A stretch of 57,388 bases of DNA, filler included, from Hydrolagus affinis (GCA_012026655.1; 3 parts of 3 records of this genome joined end to end with filler, not necessarily neighbours in it); one strand, 5' to 3'. Shown: positions 33,490 to 46,965, counted from the whole stretch's first letter. Program-made: numbers and translations. The notes: generated by a model not told the origin, from the letters alone.

Positions 33490-34604
33490 TGCTTCTCCTC
33501 AGCCTTCGCTGTTGTGTCTGTGACATCAGTTTGCTGGAAACCAACAGCAACATGCGTCACTGGCGGATCCCACAGTCCCACGTCACCTCATTGACATCTC
33601 AATTGCTTTTACATTGTGCATTACTCCATTACTGTCTGTCTTAGTGTGGCGGGGATGGGTGGGGTTGTGGGCGGGTGGAAGGTGGGGAGCAGGGAATCCT
33701 CCCACTGAGCTCCTTGTATCCTTACAATCAAACCTTACAAATATACTGTCAATTCACTTAAGAGTACATATTCCGTGAAGTGCTTCGAGACGTCGAAAAA
33801 CTGAAAAGCGCTATTTTGCATTTATAATCAAATGCAAGTATTACTCATATTATTCTAATCCAATAAATGATGGTCATGAACATCGGATTAGTTTACGTAT
33901 ACACAAATGGATAAAGCTATTTTAGTTTCACTCTAAGTAATGTTTTGTACTAATTCAAACACTTCCTCCATCTTATAGCTCAATGGCGGTTAGCAATTTC
34001 ATCTAATATATTCCTAGAATTTTACGGCACAAAAGGAGGCCATTCGGCCCATCTAGCCTGTGCCGTCTCTTTGAAAAATGCGATTCAATTGCACTGCCCT
34101 GCCCGCTCCCCATAGCCTAAAAGACCTGTTCTCCCTATATAAAATCTAATTCCCTTTGAAAAGTTGTTATCGAATCAGCCTCCACCACCTTTTCAGACAG
34201 TGCATTCCAGATTCGAACAACTCGCGGAGTGAAACAATTTCTCTTCAGCTCCCCTCTTAAACTTCTGAAAGTTGTAAAATTACATTTTTAATCCATTCGA
34301 AGACCTTCATTTATCTCCAGTTTCGTTTCGCACCTTACCTTTTTCCATAAACAGCAGTGTTATATTAATAATTCTTTACTTTGTTACAGTATGCTTAAAT
34401 AATTCCCTACATTAAGCCATGTGACTTTCTGTGGCCCTTGTTTTATTGCACGTGGTTGGGAATTGATCATATGATTCCTCTGAGAGACACAGCACTAAAG
34501 TCAAATAGGTCAACTGACAGGAATGACATCTGTGCTGTGAATAAACCCATTAACGCCTCTTTGTAGGTTTATGTACGGCGGTGTAGCCTGGAGGTAACAC
34601 TGTG

Positions 34605-35053
34605 CTAGTGATCCAACAATAGTATGTGGCAGAATCAGATAGAGTCGCAGCCAACACAGTTACAGTGGATGTCTTGCTGCTCGTGTCCAAATTAGTGGAG
34701 AAAAGACCTTCAGCAAATTCGGCTCTGAACGTTTCTCCATCATAATCATGTCTCAGTGTGTACAGAGGAGGCTGTCCTGGATACTGACGGTACCAGTACA
34801 TCAAAACATCGCTGAAACCAGCAGAGTAGGTCCATCTCAGGGTCACAGTCTGGCCTTCAGTGACAGACACTTCCATCTGTGATGATTCAACATTATCTGC
34901 ATTTGCTGTGGCTGTAGGCAGAGATAAAAAGTTATTCACTGTAACGCACATACCAGAGATAAATCTCCAAATTGTCTTCCGAGTGAGAGTAAATTACTTA
35001 CATAAAAGGAACAATAACATTGAAATATGCAAAGCAATATGTTTACTCTCCAT
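34605..35053 (-). CDS. TCR alpha/delta-type V segment (family B, copy 1); open ORF with Cys23>Trp
   Basis: Leader 35053-35002 MESKHIALHISMLLFLL. V exon 34911-34605: ..TVTLRWTYS..MYWYRQYPGQPP..DSATYYCWIT. RSS CACAGTG-23-ACATAAACC at 34604-34566. Confidence 0.85.
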
Positions 35054-37087
35054 GTTTCTAAGTGAGCAAGTAAATCGATGGGAGCTTTTTGAGATGAGAG
35101 ATTGTGTACTGGATTGTGACTCAAAGCAGAGTGAGGAGCAGTGTGGATCACAGCACTGATGGACACGCCTCTGTGTCAGATGACTGTAGTTTCAACCCCC
35201 ACCACCGGATTTGTGAAACCTAAGTAGTCAGATGACGCTACGATCGTGCCTTCTGCGGCCCTCTCAACTCTCTCCACCTGCACCTCCCAACACTCTCCCC
35301 TCTTCTTCCAGCTCTCTCGACCTCCTCTTCCAAATCTCTCCCCCTCCCCTTACAACTCCCTCCCTCTCGACTCCCAACTCTCTCTCCCCCTCCACTCAAT
35401 TCTCTTCCTCCACTCCGAACTCTCGCCCTCCCACTTCTGTCCCCTCCCTCAAAAATCTCTCCCTACCGTCACAACTCTCTCCCACTCACCCCCAAATCTC
35501 TCCCTACCTTCGCAACTCTCTCCCTTCTCTCTCAACTGTCCAACACCGCATTTGCATGTGCCTTCGACGTGAAATATGTTCTATGAATGTAATTTTATTA
35601 TTGTTGTTGCTTTATCCTAATATTGACAGCAGTGCATGACCATCATAATAACATTAACGCTTTCATTTATCTTATCGCCATATCACATCTTTGATTTGAT
35701 TCACAGTACCTCACAGAATATATCATAATTTTATTTCACTACATTTTGACTGGAAATGTGCCAACCGGCAAAGTACTGGTGTTTCACAAGCAGTCGTAGA
35801 TTTTCTCATGTAAGCTTTTGTATGGGATTACAAGGCTTGCGTTCGATATAGCGCTTTTAATATCTTCTCGAAAACGTCTCAAAGCGCTTCACAGAGTATA
35901 CTGTAAAGTGAATTGACGGTATATTTGTCGTCGAAACGCAGCAGTCAATTGCACACAGCAGCGTCCACACAAAGAGTCATGGATTGAAATGACCGATTTC
36001 ATTATTGTGGTTTTTAACTAGTTAATAAATCTTCCTGGAAAGCAAACGGCTGATCGACTACCACCCAGCGGTCACTTAATGCATGGCAACAAGAGTAATA
36101 TGGAAGATGCCAATTTTCCCAAAGTTTATTACTGATAGTTATCAAACCAGAGGTATTCTCTCTGAAATATTTCTCCTACCAATAGGTCAATTCTCTTTAC
36201 AGTATATTCTGTGAAGTGCTCTGAGATGTCGTCAAAATGTAAAAAGTGATACATCAAAAAAGCAAGGATTATTATTATATTATTATAACCTTGCCTCACT
36301 TTCCACTCTACACATATGCTACGTGAGCTGTTGGATAGTTCCAGCGATCTCCGTATATGTTCCCGTTTAAATTATGTTTCGCTGACAAAGCATTAAAGTC
36401 AACACAATGTGTCGTTGAAGTTTGTACAATTAACAATCATTTGGACCAGCGGCTCGAAAATATTTTGCCAAAAGCAAAGCAGTTGAGAAAATGCTACATC
36501 TCAAAAAAGCTACACATGATACTATGTGATATCGAAAAGTGCTGGACAAGATATAGTGTGATATATTTTGACTGTTTCTATCTGCCAAATCGCAGATAAC
36601 TCAATTGGCAATATACTAACTGAAGCACGTTGAGACGTCGAGCAACAACAACAACATTAAATTTACACAGCGCCTTTCACGTCAGGAGCAAGTCCCAAGT
36701 CTCCGAACAGTTGCTGCTTCAGACACGAGCTGAGGACGGGGTGGGAAGGGGAGGGAGCGGAGGAGGTGTTATTGATGTGTCCATCGAAGTGGAATTTCTT
36801 GGGGCGAGAATCGAAGGAGACGAGGGAGACCCTGTAATGCCCTCATACCAAAACTAAAGATTAACATTTCTACTGTTTCCTCTTCTCTTTCACTATATGT
36901 ATAATTCTATCACATTTTCGATTGTGGTTTGGAAATTTTGTCACGTGTTTCCTGTGAGAGACAGACCAGCAAAGTTACAAGTACTCAACTAGGGCAACTG
37001 ACAGGAAAGACATCTGTGCTGTGATTAAACCCATTAACTCCTCTTTGTAGGTTTATGTACGGTGGTGTAGCCTGTATTAACACCGTG

Positions 37088-38022
37088 CGAGTGATAGCAC
37101 AACAGTATGTGGCTGAATCAGATAGAGCCGCAGTAAGCACAGTTACAGTGGATGTTTTGATGCTCGTGTTCAAATTCGTGGTGAAACGATCTTCAGCAAA
37201 TTGAGCTCTGAAAGTATCCCCATCATAATCATGTCTCAGTGTGTACAGAGGAGGCTGGCCTGGATACTGACGGCAACAGCACAACAAAACATTGGTGATA
37301 CCAGCAGAGTAGGTCGATCTCAGAGTCACAGTCCGGCCTTCATTGACAGACACTTCCCTCTGTGATGGTTCAACAACATCTCCATTCGCTGTCACTGTAG
37401 CCCGGAAGAACATGTTACAACACAAATTTTTTTTTTTACGTTGATCGAACCCACTTCACGTCGGTAGGACGTCCCAAGGCGCTGAACCGATAAGCCCGGA
37501 CCCGAGCGGCAGGGGGTGTGTGGTGGTTCAGTGTAGGGGAAATGAAAATAAGCGAGCGGGGAGAGTAAGGAGGGGAGCACAAGGCACATTCGAGAAGGAA
37601 GTTCTTGAGAACGGCCTTGAAGTAGGAACGGAAGAAGTGAGGCGAAGGGTTTGCGGGTTGAAGTTCGACAGTTTGTGGGCAGAGAGCCTGAAAGCCCGTC
37701 CACCGATGGAAGGGCGATTTTTGCGGGGAACGTGGAGCCTGCCAGATCCCGCTGAATGGAGGGAACGAGTAGGTTCGCAGGGAGACAGCAGGTCGGAATG
37801 AAACGCAGGGGCAAGTTTGTGAATGGCCTTGAAAGTGAGGACGATGATCTCGAATTTGACCCTCTGGGTGATGGGGTGCCAGTGGAGACAGGCAAGGGTG
37901 AGAGTGATGTAATTGCAAACACCAGAGATACATCCAGAATTTGTTTCAATAGCGAGAGGAGGTTACTTACATACACGGACCAATAACATTGAAATGAGCA
38001 TAGCAATGAGTTTACTCTCCAT
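37088..38022 (-). CDS. TCR alpha/delta-type V segment (family B, copy 2); open but Cys23>Ser and Trp41>Cys, probably non-functional
   Basis: Leader 38022-37971 and V exon 37394-37088. RSS CACGGTG-22-ACATAAACC at 37087-37050. L2 insertion in the intron. Confidence 0.75.
37425..37910 (-). mobile_element. L2-related 3' fragment inserted in the leader intron of V B2
   Basis: Same family as 25855-26285; absent from the introns of B1 and B3. Confidence 0.8.
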
Positions 38023-39889
38023 GTGTCCAAGCGATGAATCAATTGATTCGATGGGAACAGTTGAGATGATTGGTTGTGTCGGATATGTGCCTGGAAGCAG
38101 AGTGGGGAGCAAAGTTGAATACAGCAGCGATAGATACGCCTCTCTACCAGATGACAGTAGTTTCAAACCCCACCACTGGATTTGTGAACTCCTTTTGATG
38201 AGGTGACGAACCAACTCCTTGGGACGTACAACTACCAATCTAAATTGCTTCTTGTTGTTCTAACGCAATCCTGGCAGTTTAGTGGAATGTGATATGCTAT
38301 AGCTTTGTAGTTAGAATAATCAGATAACAAGCGAGACCCAAAGTAGTGCACTTTAATTACTTATTTTGGTGGAACATTTTGCTAATGATAGAAATAATAA
38401 TAATCCTTTTTTATATTAATAGTATATAACCCTAATCCTAACCCTAATATGATAATGATATTAATAATAATCCAATTTTTATTATCATTTTTTTTAAAGG
38501 ATTATGAGTTCACGTGTGTGTGGAGTAAGGAAACTTACTCAAACTTTCGCTCTGATCTGCCTGAATTCGAACACATGTCTCACACATGTAAGGCAGGTGC
38601 TCTAATCACCGAGATACATGAGCTCCTCTGTTTAAGAATGGAACGCGATAGGTTATGTTAGATGCAGCTCATGTGATCTGTGTCTTTAGTGCGCCATGTG
38701 CTGGTGGATTGGAGCTACAACCCCTTTACAATTGGAGACATATGAAAGCAAACTTGTTTGAACCTTCCTAACATTTCACTGCGATGTGCACTACTTTTTA
38801 AAAAACAATTGATAGACAGGTGAGTGCGACAGCATTCCCCACAAACGATAGTCGGTGAGGTTTTTTCTGTGATAGCATAAGTATTATATTTAATAATAAT
38901 CGTTGGGTTTGAGAATTTGCCATATCACAACTTTCAGTCGCTTGGAAGAGATTTCAAACAGGATAATGTAAATGAATTTACTTCATATTGTGTGGGCGAA
39001 ACACTGCAGAAAACGAGGGTCATCATTGTCCTCATTCTCTGAGTGACCAATTTATTATTATTTTCAGGCAATCACGTATTATTACTTGATGGTGTCTTAT
39101 AGCTCATTCCATAGAGCACAAGCCTTTGAGGCAAGAGCAGTGACTTCACTTATAGACAAGGGGAAAGGTTTGTGAAGTTTCCTTACTCCACACACCTAAT
39201 ATTAATAATCCCTCGAATAATAATAAATTAGTCGTTTCAATCGACGAGAGTTTGTGCCAGATTTGCTTTGTTCAAATGGCTGCCGCGTTTCACCCACAAA
39301 ATATACCATCAATTCACTTTACTTTATATGCTTTATAAAGCAGTTTCAGACGCTTAAAAGACGTGAAGAAAGCTATATCGATGCAAGGATTATTATTAGT
39401 AGAGTCGTAGAATAGTGACGCATTTAGTCGGAAGGAATGAGGCAGGAATTCCAGATTCAGTCTTCGATTCAGTGACCATTATTTGTGGGGAAATCGATAT
39501 TTTGAAAAAATTATTATTCAGAGTAAAGAGATGCACCAGTCGAACATCAACCCTGATCCTACTTATTGCTAGTTATATATCCGTGTGTGTAGTAAGAAAA
39601 CTTGCCGAAGGTTTTGCCATGTCCAGCCCAGGATTCAAACACTTGTCTCTCGTTTGGGAGACGAGTGATCTAACCAACTGAGTTTCTTGTTTCCACAGTT
39701 CATCTCCTGAGCAAGTGATCAAAGGCTTGTCTTGTCTCGAGTGCAGGTCGCTGCTGCTGGTGACTTTTATTTTTGCTTCAGACTACAGTATTAAGCTACA
39801 GGGTCATCGAAAGAATGCATAGCACAAACTGTAACAGACACAGGGCAAGGCAATTTTTCTACGAGGCTGCCATGCAGTCTATCACTGTG

Positions 39890-40349
39890 GTGAGAGTGTA
39901 GCACAGTAGTACACAGCGCTGTCAGACACCTGCAGCTCGGAGATGCTTAAACAGGTGGAAGTATTGGATTTGTGTATCTCAGCAGAGAATCGATTGCCAA
40001 ACACCTTGCCTTTGACTGGATTATCATTGCCAGTAGAGTATCTCCGAAATATATACTCTGGCTGGCTGTGTGGGTGATGTATGTACCAGTAAAGATAGTA
40101 ATTGGCTCCAGTATTTGGATACGCAAAGTCTACAGTCGCAGTTTCTCCTTCTTTCTGAACCACCGCGGCAGCTTTGTAACTGACAGTGTCGCCAGCCCAG
40201 AGTTCTGTAATAGAAAAAGAAGAGTAGGTCCACACATTATCCACGATTTGCCTCAATTAGCTTTTTCTGAGCTTGGGAAATTATCTCGACTTGAACGTTT
40301 CACCTGAAATAATGTTTGCCAGCATTAGGCAGACAGTCAGTAGCCCCAT
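39890..40349 (-). CDS. TCR alpha/delta-type V segment (family A, copy 3); open ORF with Cys23>Phe
   Basis: Leader 40349-40304 MGLLTVCLMLANIIS. V exon 40204-39890: ..TATVDFAY..YWYIHHP..DSAVYYCATLS. RSS CACAGTG-22-AGAAAAATT at 39889-39852. Confidence 0.85.
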
Positions 40350-40435
40350 TGTTGGTCTCCAGCCTCTGTGGTTATGTCTACGGCCTCATCTGGCTGATAT
40401 CCCACAAGCATGAAGTCACCGGCAGAGCCCATATT

Positions 40436-40458
40436 CTCACGTCACCTGATTGACGTCA
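40436..40458 (-). promoter_or_regulatory. CRE/ATF elements in the V A3 promoter
   Basis: Perfect TGACGTCA at 40451-40458 plus CACGTCA about 90 bp upstream of the ATG. Related CACGTCAC/CACGTAAC sites sit at the same position for A2 and A4. CRE-type decamers are established TCR V promoter elements. Confidence 0.65.
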
Positions 40459-41890
40459 CAGAAACGTTACAAGAAACAACAATCAATTGAAATGATTCAG
40501 CGCCAATCGCTGGAGGAGGGAAACCTTCCACTCTGATCCAGATAACAATACAAACAAAGCCCTAATGTGCAGGCTTGTCATTTTATTAACACCATAACAA
40601 TCTTTCCCTTTCTGGTAGCGCCTTTTTCGTCGTCGATATACCACAAAGTGCAACAGAGTCAGTTAAATAGAATTCACAGAATCATAGATTCATACAATTA
40701 TACGGCACAAAAGGAGGCCATTCGACCCATCTATTCTGTGCCGTCTCTTTGAACAGAGCAACTCAATCCGACTGCCCAGCTTTCTCCCCATAACCTAACA
40801 GACCTGCGCTTGCTAATTAACGATCTAGTTCCCTTTGAAAAGCTGTTATGGAACCTGCCTCCACCACCTTTTTAGGCAATGCTTTCCAGATACGAACAAC
40901 CCACTGAGAGAAAAAAACTCTCCTCAGCTCCCCTGTTCCTCAGGCCCGGGGATGTCCGCCCGACGTGAAAGGCGCTTTGTGGATGTACTTTTGTTGTTGT
41001 TTACTCTATATTTTGCGAGCGAATCACAAGACCAATTATGCACAGCAGTGTCGGGTGAACGATCGTGGATTAACCGATGGCCAACAAATGACCAATTTAT
41101 TATCATTGTTTTTTGAAGGAACTACTTCATACGAAAATGACTTTCCACCTATCGACAGGTAAACATATTTCCGTAGAGTATGTAAACTTGCCTAGTATTT
41201 CACTCCCGTGGAAATCGAACCCAGGACTCTCATTTGCGAGTCAATTCCTTTTTTCCCCGCTACTGTTCCGTGAATGGTTGAGCTTCGCTGCCCCCATGGG
41301 ATCATCGAGGTGTTTGACAATTAAATGTAGTACATTGAGGCGTCTAGCAGCCGTGATAAGGTTGTGTGTCAAATAGAAGAATTATTATTATTATTAATTA
41401 CACTCTTTCTCGACTTGAACCACTCTATCACTTCTTCAGCTTGTGGTTGTAAATCAGTCACGTATTTCCACGGAGACACAGCGGCAGAGTGAAGATAATG
41501 TCAAACAGGTCAAAATTCAGTCCAGGCCACTGTGCTGAGATTAATCCATTTCTCTACTATTAGCAGGTTAATGTAAAGTGGGGCAGGCTGACAGCAGTCT
41601 GATTGTAACATGGCTTGTGTGATCGCATGGTAACACGTGGTTGTGTTAGAAGCAGCCAAAGTGACAGACAATCATCTCAGATTGTAACTTATAATGATGT
41701 GAGAGTTTAGCTGACAAGCTGATGGGAGGGGAATGTGGTTTCCACTGAGTCTGGCTGCTGAAGTTTCTGCTCCCCGCAGGGCCTCAAGGCCTGACCAAGA
41801 TTCCGCTCAAATTTCAAACAGACGGATCGTCCCTATGTATAAAATGAAGACAGTTTTTGTACGAGCCCTGCAGTGTAGTCAACCACAGTG

Positions 41891-42678
41891 GAGAGAGTAA
41901 ATGCACAGTAATACCCTGCGCTGTCAGATACCAGCAGTTCAGAGATGGATAATCTGGTGGAAAAAATAATGTGTGTAGTTGAGCTGAGAAGCGGTTTCCA
42001 AATCCTGTGCCTTTGACTGGATTGCCACCCGTAGAATATCTCCGGACTATAAACTCTGGGTGTTTGTATGGGTAATGTCTGTACCAGAAGAGATAGTAAC
42101 TTTTTGCATTGGTGGAATATGTGCAAACCATATCGACAGTATCTCCTTCTTTCTTAACCACGGTGGCAGCTTTCTGACTGACAGAATCGGCGTCACAGAT
42201 TTATGTAATAAACGAGGGAAAGCACAGCTAAACATTCATAGAATCATAGAATCTTCCGGCACAAAAGGAGGCCATTCCGCCCATCGAGTCTTTTCCGGCT
42301 CTTTGAAAATAGCAATTCAATCCCACTCCACAGCTCTCTCTCCCCATATCTGTGCATACTGCGCTCCACAAATAAACATCTACATCTCTTTTAAAATATA
42401 TTTTTACATCGGCCTACCCCACCGTTTCAGGCAATGCAGTCCACATCCCAACAAGTCGATGAATGAAAACATGTTTCCTCAACTCCCCTGTACTTCTATT
42501 AGAAACTATTAGATCATCTCAATTGTGGACTAATTGCTCTGTCCACTCAGCTTCAGGTCTCCCTCCAACAATAGTTGTTGAAATGGAGCTGACAATCAGC
42601 AGCGACACTGAATTAGCTCAACACGACCTCACCTGTCATAAAGGTTCCCATCATTAGACAGACAGCAAACAGCCTCAT
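41891..42678 (-). pseudogene. TCR V pseudogene (family A, copy 4)
   Basis: Leader 42678-42633 intact. Acceptor AG>AT at 42203 and a -1 frameshift near 41960. RSS CACTGTG-23-ACAAAAACT at 41890-41852. Confidence 0.85.
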
Positions 42679-43544
42679 TGCTGCTCCTCAGCCTTCGGGG
42701 TTGTGTCTGTGACATTAGAATACTGGGAACCAACAGCAATATGCGTCACTGGCACATCCCACAGTCCCACGTAACCTCATTGACATCTCAATTGCTTTTC
42801 CAATGTGCAATTCTCCATTACTGTATGTGTTAGTGTGGCGGGGGTGTGTGGGGTGGCTGTCGGGTGGGAGCTGGGGAAAAGGGAATCCTCCCACTCATCT
42901 CCTGGTAACCTTACAATCAAACCTTACAAATATACAGTCAATTTGCTTAAAAGTATATATTCTGTGAAGCGCTTTGAGACGTCGATATACTGTGAAAATC
43001 GCTATATTGCCTTTATAATCCAATGCAAGTATTATTCATATTATTCTAATCCAATAAATGATGGTCATGAACATCGGATTAGTTTACGTATACACAAATG
43101 GATAGAACGTTTTTTATTTCACTTCAACTAATATTTTGTAGTAATTCAAACACTTCCTCCATCTTATAGCTCAATACGTGCGGTTAGCACTTCTAATTAG
43201 ATATCTAAAAGTTGTAAAATTACATTTTTCATCCATTCGAGGAACTTCATTTATCCCCAGTGTTGTTTCGCACGTTAATTATTTCCAGAAACAGCAGCGT
43301 TATATTAATAATTCTTTACTTTTTTACAGTGTGTTTAAATAATTCCGTACATTAAGCCATGTGACTGTCTGTGGCCCTTGTTTTATTGCGTGTGTTTGGG
43401 AATTAATCATGTGATTCCTCCGAGAGACACAACAGCAAAGTCAAATAGGTCAACTGACAGGAATGACATCTGTGCTGTGATTAAACCCATTAACTACTCT
43501 TTGTAGGGTTATGTACGGTGCTGTAGCCTGAAGGTAACACTGTG

Positions 43545-43991
43545 CGAGTGATGCCACAATAGTATGTGGCTGAATCAGATAGAGCCGCAGCCAGCACAGT
43601 TACAGTGGATGTCTTGCTGCTCGTACAAACTAGTGGTGAAAAGATCTTTAGCAAATTCAGCTCTGAAAGTGTCCCCATTGTAATCGTGTCTCAGTGTGTA
43701 CAGAGGAGGCTGGCTTGGATATTGACGGTACCAGTAAATCCAAACACTCGTGAAACCAGCAGAGTAGGTCCATCTCAGGGTCACAGTCTGGCCTTCAGTG
43801 ACAGACACTTCCCTCTGTGATGGTTCAACTTTATCTCCATTCGCTGTCGCTGTAGCCAGAGAGAACAAGTTATTCACTGTAACACACACACCAGAGATAA
43901 ATGTCCAAACAGTTTTCAGCACGAGAGTAAATTATTTGCATAACAGGACGAATAAGATTACAATGATCAAAGCAATATGTTTACTCTCCAT
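43545..43991 (-). pseudogene. TCR V pseudogene (family B, copy 3)
   Basis: Leader donor GT>GC (GCAAAT), Cys23>Trp and a 2-nt deletion near 43626. RSS CACAGTG-23-ACATAACCC at 43544-43506. Confidence 0.85.
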
Positions 43992-45072
43992 GTTTCCAAG
44001 CGAGCAAGTCATTCGATGGGAGCTTTTTGAGATGAGAGATTGTGGCCTTAATTGTGACTCAAAGCAGAGTGAAGAGCAGTTTGGACCACAGCACTGATGG
44101 ATACGCCTCTGTGTCAGATAACCACAGTTTCAAACCCCACCACCGGATTTGTGAAACCTAACTAGTCAGATGACGCTCCAACGCCTTGTGACGTAGCAAC
44201 AACAATTGAAATTTCTTCTTGTTGTTCTGATGCAATGCTGCCAGTTTACTGTTATAATTCAAGTATAATTTTTCTTCTCTCCTTCATCCTTCCTCGACCC
44301 GTCCCCCCGTGCTGTTGTCTCTAACCAACTGTACATCCCCTTGGGACTGTCCTCTCGAAGTGAAAGGAGCTGTATAAGTATAAGTTTTAATTGAGTGATT
44401 TAGTAAATTGTGAAGTCCTATACATCAGTGGTTAAAATAATCATATCACACGCGAGACCCAAGGAGGTGTCATTAATTTGTTTGATGGAAACATTGTGGT
44501 AATAATAAGTATAATCCTTCTGTTTGGCATAGCGATTTTTACATCTTGTCGACGCACAAAAGCGCTTCACACAATACCATATTAACTTTATGTATACTTG
44601 TCAGCGAAATGTGGCAGCCAATTGCACACAACTGCGTCCCACACAAACAGTAGAGGATTGAAATTACCAATTTTATTGTTGTATTTTTTCTCGGAGAGAT
44701 TAATTTGTGCGTGTGGAGTGAGGAAACTTGACCAAGGTTTCGCCCTGAGCTGCCTGGATTCGAACACATGTCTCACAATTGTAATGCGAAATCTAACCAC
44801 TGAGCTACAGGACCTAAACAATTGTGTATGTGAGTGAAAGGCAATAAAATACATCAAGTGACATAGAGATTGCATTTTGATGAACAAAAGCCTTGTGATA
44901 ATCAGATTGCTGATCAAGCTTTGTGCAATGCGGATCAAGCAGCAATAGTGTCTGTGAGGGAAGCAATGTCAACGGTAACAGTAAACACCTGTGAGAGCTG
45001 CCAATGACTTAATTGCAGAAAAGCACATGGCAAGTTACATCATTTGCAGCTGATGTTATCAGGATGTTTCAT

Positions 45073-45086
45073 GCGCCACCTGGTGG
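45073..45086 (-). promoter_or_regulatory. Candidate CTCF site
   Basis: Minus strand reads CCACCAGGTGGCGC, a close match to the CTCF core consensus. Confidence 0.55.
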
Positions 45087-46274
45087 TGGTTTGCAGCTAC
45101 ATCAGGTTTACAATGGAGACATTTGAAAGCAAATTGTTTTAAGACTATCCTGAATTATCTCTTCCTTTCTCCTCTCATGGAAGGATATACTTTGTCTCGT
45201 TTCCCTGCTTGTTCCTCATGTTTTACTAGATTTACCAGAAAATTGGACGCGAATTTAATCCACAATCTCTTGGCGTATACGTGCTCATACTTACGTCCCA
45301 CTGACACCCAATTTAAGGTAATTATTTGATTATCTACTGTACCTGTTTATATTATTTTACAGAACATTGTGGTGACGTTGGTCATGTTATAGTATCGCAA
45401 CAATAAATTTACATTAAAAAGCGTTATCCCAATTTGGAGGAGTTCCAAACATCACTATATTCACTTGGCAAATTATTTATTAGAATAATAAAATAAACTA
45501 ACCATTTTCATTATACAGTATTGTATTACATCAATAATACAACTTGCGTTCTCTCTTTGCCGCATCGCCGATCGGTAGCATCGTGTGTTTACTTTGATTC
45601 CTGGCGTCAATTGTACCAGTTATACATGGGCAACGTGAAATGAGTTAATCAGTAATTCACGCCTCATAATGAGACAATTCTGTATCTCATATTTTGGAGA
45701 CAACACAGAGCATTGATCTCCAATGTGTTTCCGAATTACAGTCATGCTACAGCATTAGTTACAGCCACTCTTGGAGCAATGCATGTTTTTTGTAACTGAA
45801 AAAACTTAGCCCTAAGCTTTGCAAATTTCTGACGAAATCCATCCCTCCTGCCAAACCATCACCCACCCCCACTTACCTCTCCTCACATTCGCCCTATCAA
45901 TCTACCTATAATACAGTTCCTCTTGTCACCACACAGTTCTGGAACAAGCTCCGTCACAGTTATTTAATGTAGAACACGGCCTTGCACGAAATAGGATTAA
46001 TGAGAACAGGAGAAGGCCATTCAACCCCGCGCATAAGGGTGATTATTAAGGGATAATGATCCCTGATAACTATTAAGCTGGTCACTAGTTACCGCTAGGC
46101 AAACAGAGGCGTGTGGGTAAAATAAAGAAGGTTTGTGTACAGTACAGAGTGTTTTGCTATGCAATGAATGGAACCCAGGTGCTCTCGCTTGCAAAGCAAA
46201 TGCTCTATCCACTGAGCTGCAGGCCTCAGCATGTGGGTTTTTGTACGTCAGGAACACTGATCTGTGCCTCTGTG

Positions 46275-46965
46275 TGGCTCAGTGCACAGTAATACATAGC
46301 AGACTCTGTCACTGTGACTTGGGATATATTCAATGGCACGGTTCGCAGCGCTTTATCCAAGTTATTTGAGAAACGTTCTTTTGCAAATTCTGCAGGATAT
46401 TCCTGGTTGCTGTTGATGAATAACTTAAGGATATATTCTGGAGCTGTTTTGGGATAGTGACGGTACCAGAATATATATGGCGTGCCGCCGCTTGTAGCTG
46501 TATAATTACACAGCATATAGGCATATTCTCCTTCATTCACTGTCACAGTAGATTGGAGCTGTGTCACAGAGTCTCCTCCACAAAGCCCTGCAAAACAGAG
46601 ACACATCATCATTCAATACTACCACAATAATTCTAATAATCTTCTTGTGTTTCATACAGCGCCTTATGAAGTCGTTGATACGCCTCCATTCAAGTAATAG
46701 AATAAAGTTTGCAAAAACATTATCGTGTGTGTTAAGTAAGACAAATGGGTAACATTTCGCTCTGTCCTATCAAGGAATCGAACCAATATCCTCTCAGCTG
46801 TGAAGCCAGTGCTACAAACACCGCAACTCCACAAGCTGTTTTGGAGTATTAGTTAGTTATGCAATATAACATAGGCATTGGACAATATTTTCAGAAATAA
46901 ATACTGATAGAATGTCTACCTGACAAGGCAACGATGGTTGATGCGACATAGATATGTATTGCCAT
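46275..46965 (-). CDS. Intact TCR alpha/delta-type V segment (family C)
   Basis: Leader 46965-46920 MAIHIYVASTIVALS. V exon 46587-46275: GLCGGDSVTQ..YMLCNY..IFWYRHYP..ERFS..ESAMYYCALS. RSS CACAGAG-23-ACAAAAACC at 46274-46236. Confidence 0.9.

Larger units (their letters stand above)
41691..44178. repeat. Segmental duplicate of 32505-35240 (family A V + family B V cassette)
   Basis: Continuous by-eye similarity from ATAATGATGTGAGAGTTTAGCTGAC to AGTCAGATGACGCT, including the intergenic DNA. Confidence 0.9.

Noticed and set aside
41500-41560. Isolated CACTGTG near 41529
   Set aside because: No matching nonamer or coding segment.
41950-41975. V A4 frameshift as a homopolymer sequencing error
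   Set aside because: It does fall in a 6-nt run, but the same V also has an AG>AT acceptor mutation, so pseudogene status stands.
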